From an uncultured Candidatus Saccharibacteria bacterium (GTDB taxonomy: Bacteria > Patescibacteriota > Dojkabacteria > SC72), in NCBI GenBank assembly GCA_964403155.1, contig CAYOEG010000004.1, positions 1 to 60,468 on the forward strand: a DNA stretch of 60,468 bases, in the 5' to 3' direction. Both the position numbers and the translations under genes were made by a program. Positions 60,272 through 60,468 of the stretch are shown here, piece after piece (positions within the stretch are counted from its first letter, which is position 1; each line of letters begins with the position of its first letter). The notes beneath the pieces were generated by a model. That model was not told where the DNA came from. It searched no databases and saw only the letters and a list, made by a program, of their open reading frames with translations.

Positions 60272-60320
60272 GATATTCTAGAACCAAGACTCCCCAAGTT
60301 AAGTTATAAGATTATAGCGG

Positions 60321-60468
60321 GTGAAACTAAATAAATCAAAATTTACCCTCCTTTTCATCTTCGGTACACGCCCAGAAGCAGTAAAAATGGCTCCCTTAAT
60401 TAAAGAATGTGAGAAATATCCTGAAGATTTTAATGTAAAAATACTAGTAACAGGCCAACACAGGGAAA
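60321..60468 (+). CDS. wecB: UDP-N-acetylglucosamine 2-epimerase, N-terminal fragment (3' end lies outside the window)
   Basis: My own translation from GTG 60321 gives [56 protein letters not shown] and TGQHRE are hallmark WecB/MnaA motifs. It is not in the ORF track because no stop codon falls in the window. Confidence 0.8.
   Translation, partial: MKLNKSKFTLLFIFGTRPEAVKMAPLIKECEKYPEDFNVKILVTGQHRE

Noticed and set aside
1-60468. An alternative genetic code (UGA recoding as in Gracilibacteria/SR1, or CUG reassignment prompted by the odd tRNA).
   Set aside because: All conserved genes give full-length family-typical proteins under the standard table with no in-frame TGA. The in-frame CTG codons I inspected in secY fall at hydrophobic positions compatible with Leu. 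A genome-wide test is still advisable.
1-60468. CRISPR arrays, reverse transcriptases/DGRs, integrases, and toxin-antitoxin or other known defence systems.
   Set aside because: I saw no regularly spaced direct repeats and no ORFs with the hallmark motifs of these systems. The only repeats found are those reported above.

Overview
The window looks like an AT-rich, streamlined bacterial genome, consistent with Candidate Phyla Radiation/Patescibacteria. The evidence is that no rpmD lies between rpsE and rplO, the RNase P RNA is short (~306 nt), several ribosomal proteins carry Lys-rich tails, and the UMP kinase looks archaeal-type. The standard genetic code fits, because long ORFs are uninterrupted.

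Nt 1-15900 hold the 3' end of tuf followed by the S10-spc-alpha ribosomal cluster, in the order rpsJ to rplO, secY, adk, infA, rpmJ, rpsM-K-D, rpoA, rplQ, rplM, rpsI. rpmC and rpmD are missing, and a small HUH/Y1-transposase element sits between secY and adk.

Nt 15900-50000 mix translation and tRNA-modification genes with envelope and unknown genes:
- tRNA modification and translation factors: rnpB, fmt, queA, tgt, trmD, miaA.
- Aminoacyl-tRNA synthetases: glyQS, lysS, serS.
- Other housekeeping: rny, hup, two Gre-type factors, prs, an nrnA-like gene.
- Envelope or unknown: CAP-domain, DUF4349, DUF3048, SecD-like and DsbA-like proteins.

Nt 51000-60468 are an ABC-transporter-dependent glycan locus (wzm/wzt-like genes, six glycosyltransferase domains, a methyltransferase and the 5' end of wecB).

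Three tRNAs were hand-folded: Glu-CUC, Pro-GGG and an anomalous class-I tRNA with anticodon CAG.

The most interesting region is a ~1.5-kb minus-strand accessory module at 31755-33294. It has three tandem transcription units, each behind a copy of the same TTGACC-N17-TATAAT promoter cassette. The units encode the odd tRNA(CAG) plus long hairpins, a leaderless and very acidic 238-aa ORF, and a ~400-nt GC-rich RNA with a tRNA-like domain and an intrinsic terminator.

The second theme is three divergent Y1 (RAYT/IS200-like) transposase genes, each bracketed by its own repeat or palindrome. One repeat type also has a solo copy elsewhere in the window.

All RNA folds, promoter calls and family assignments were made by eye and from memory of family consensus. 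No searches were run.
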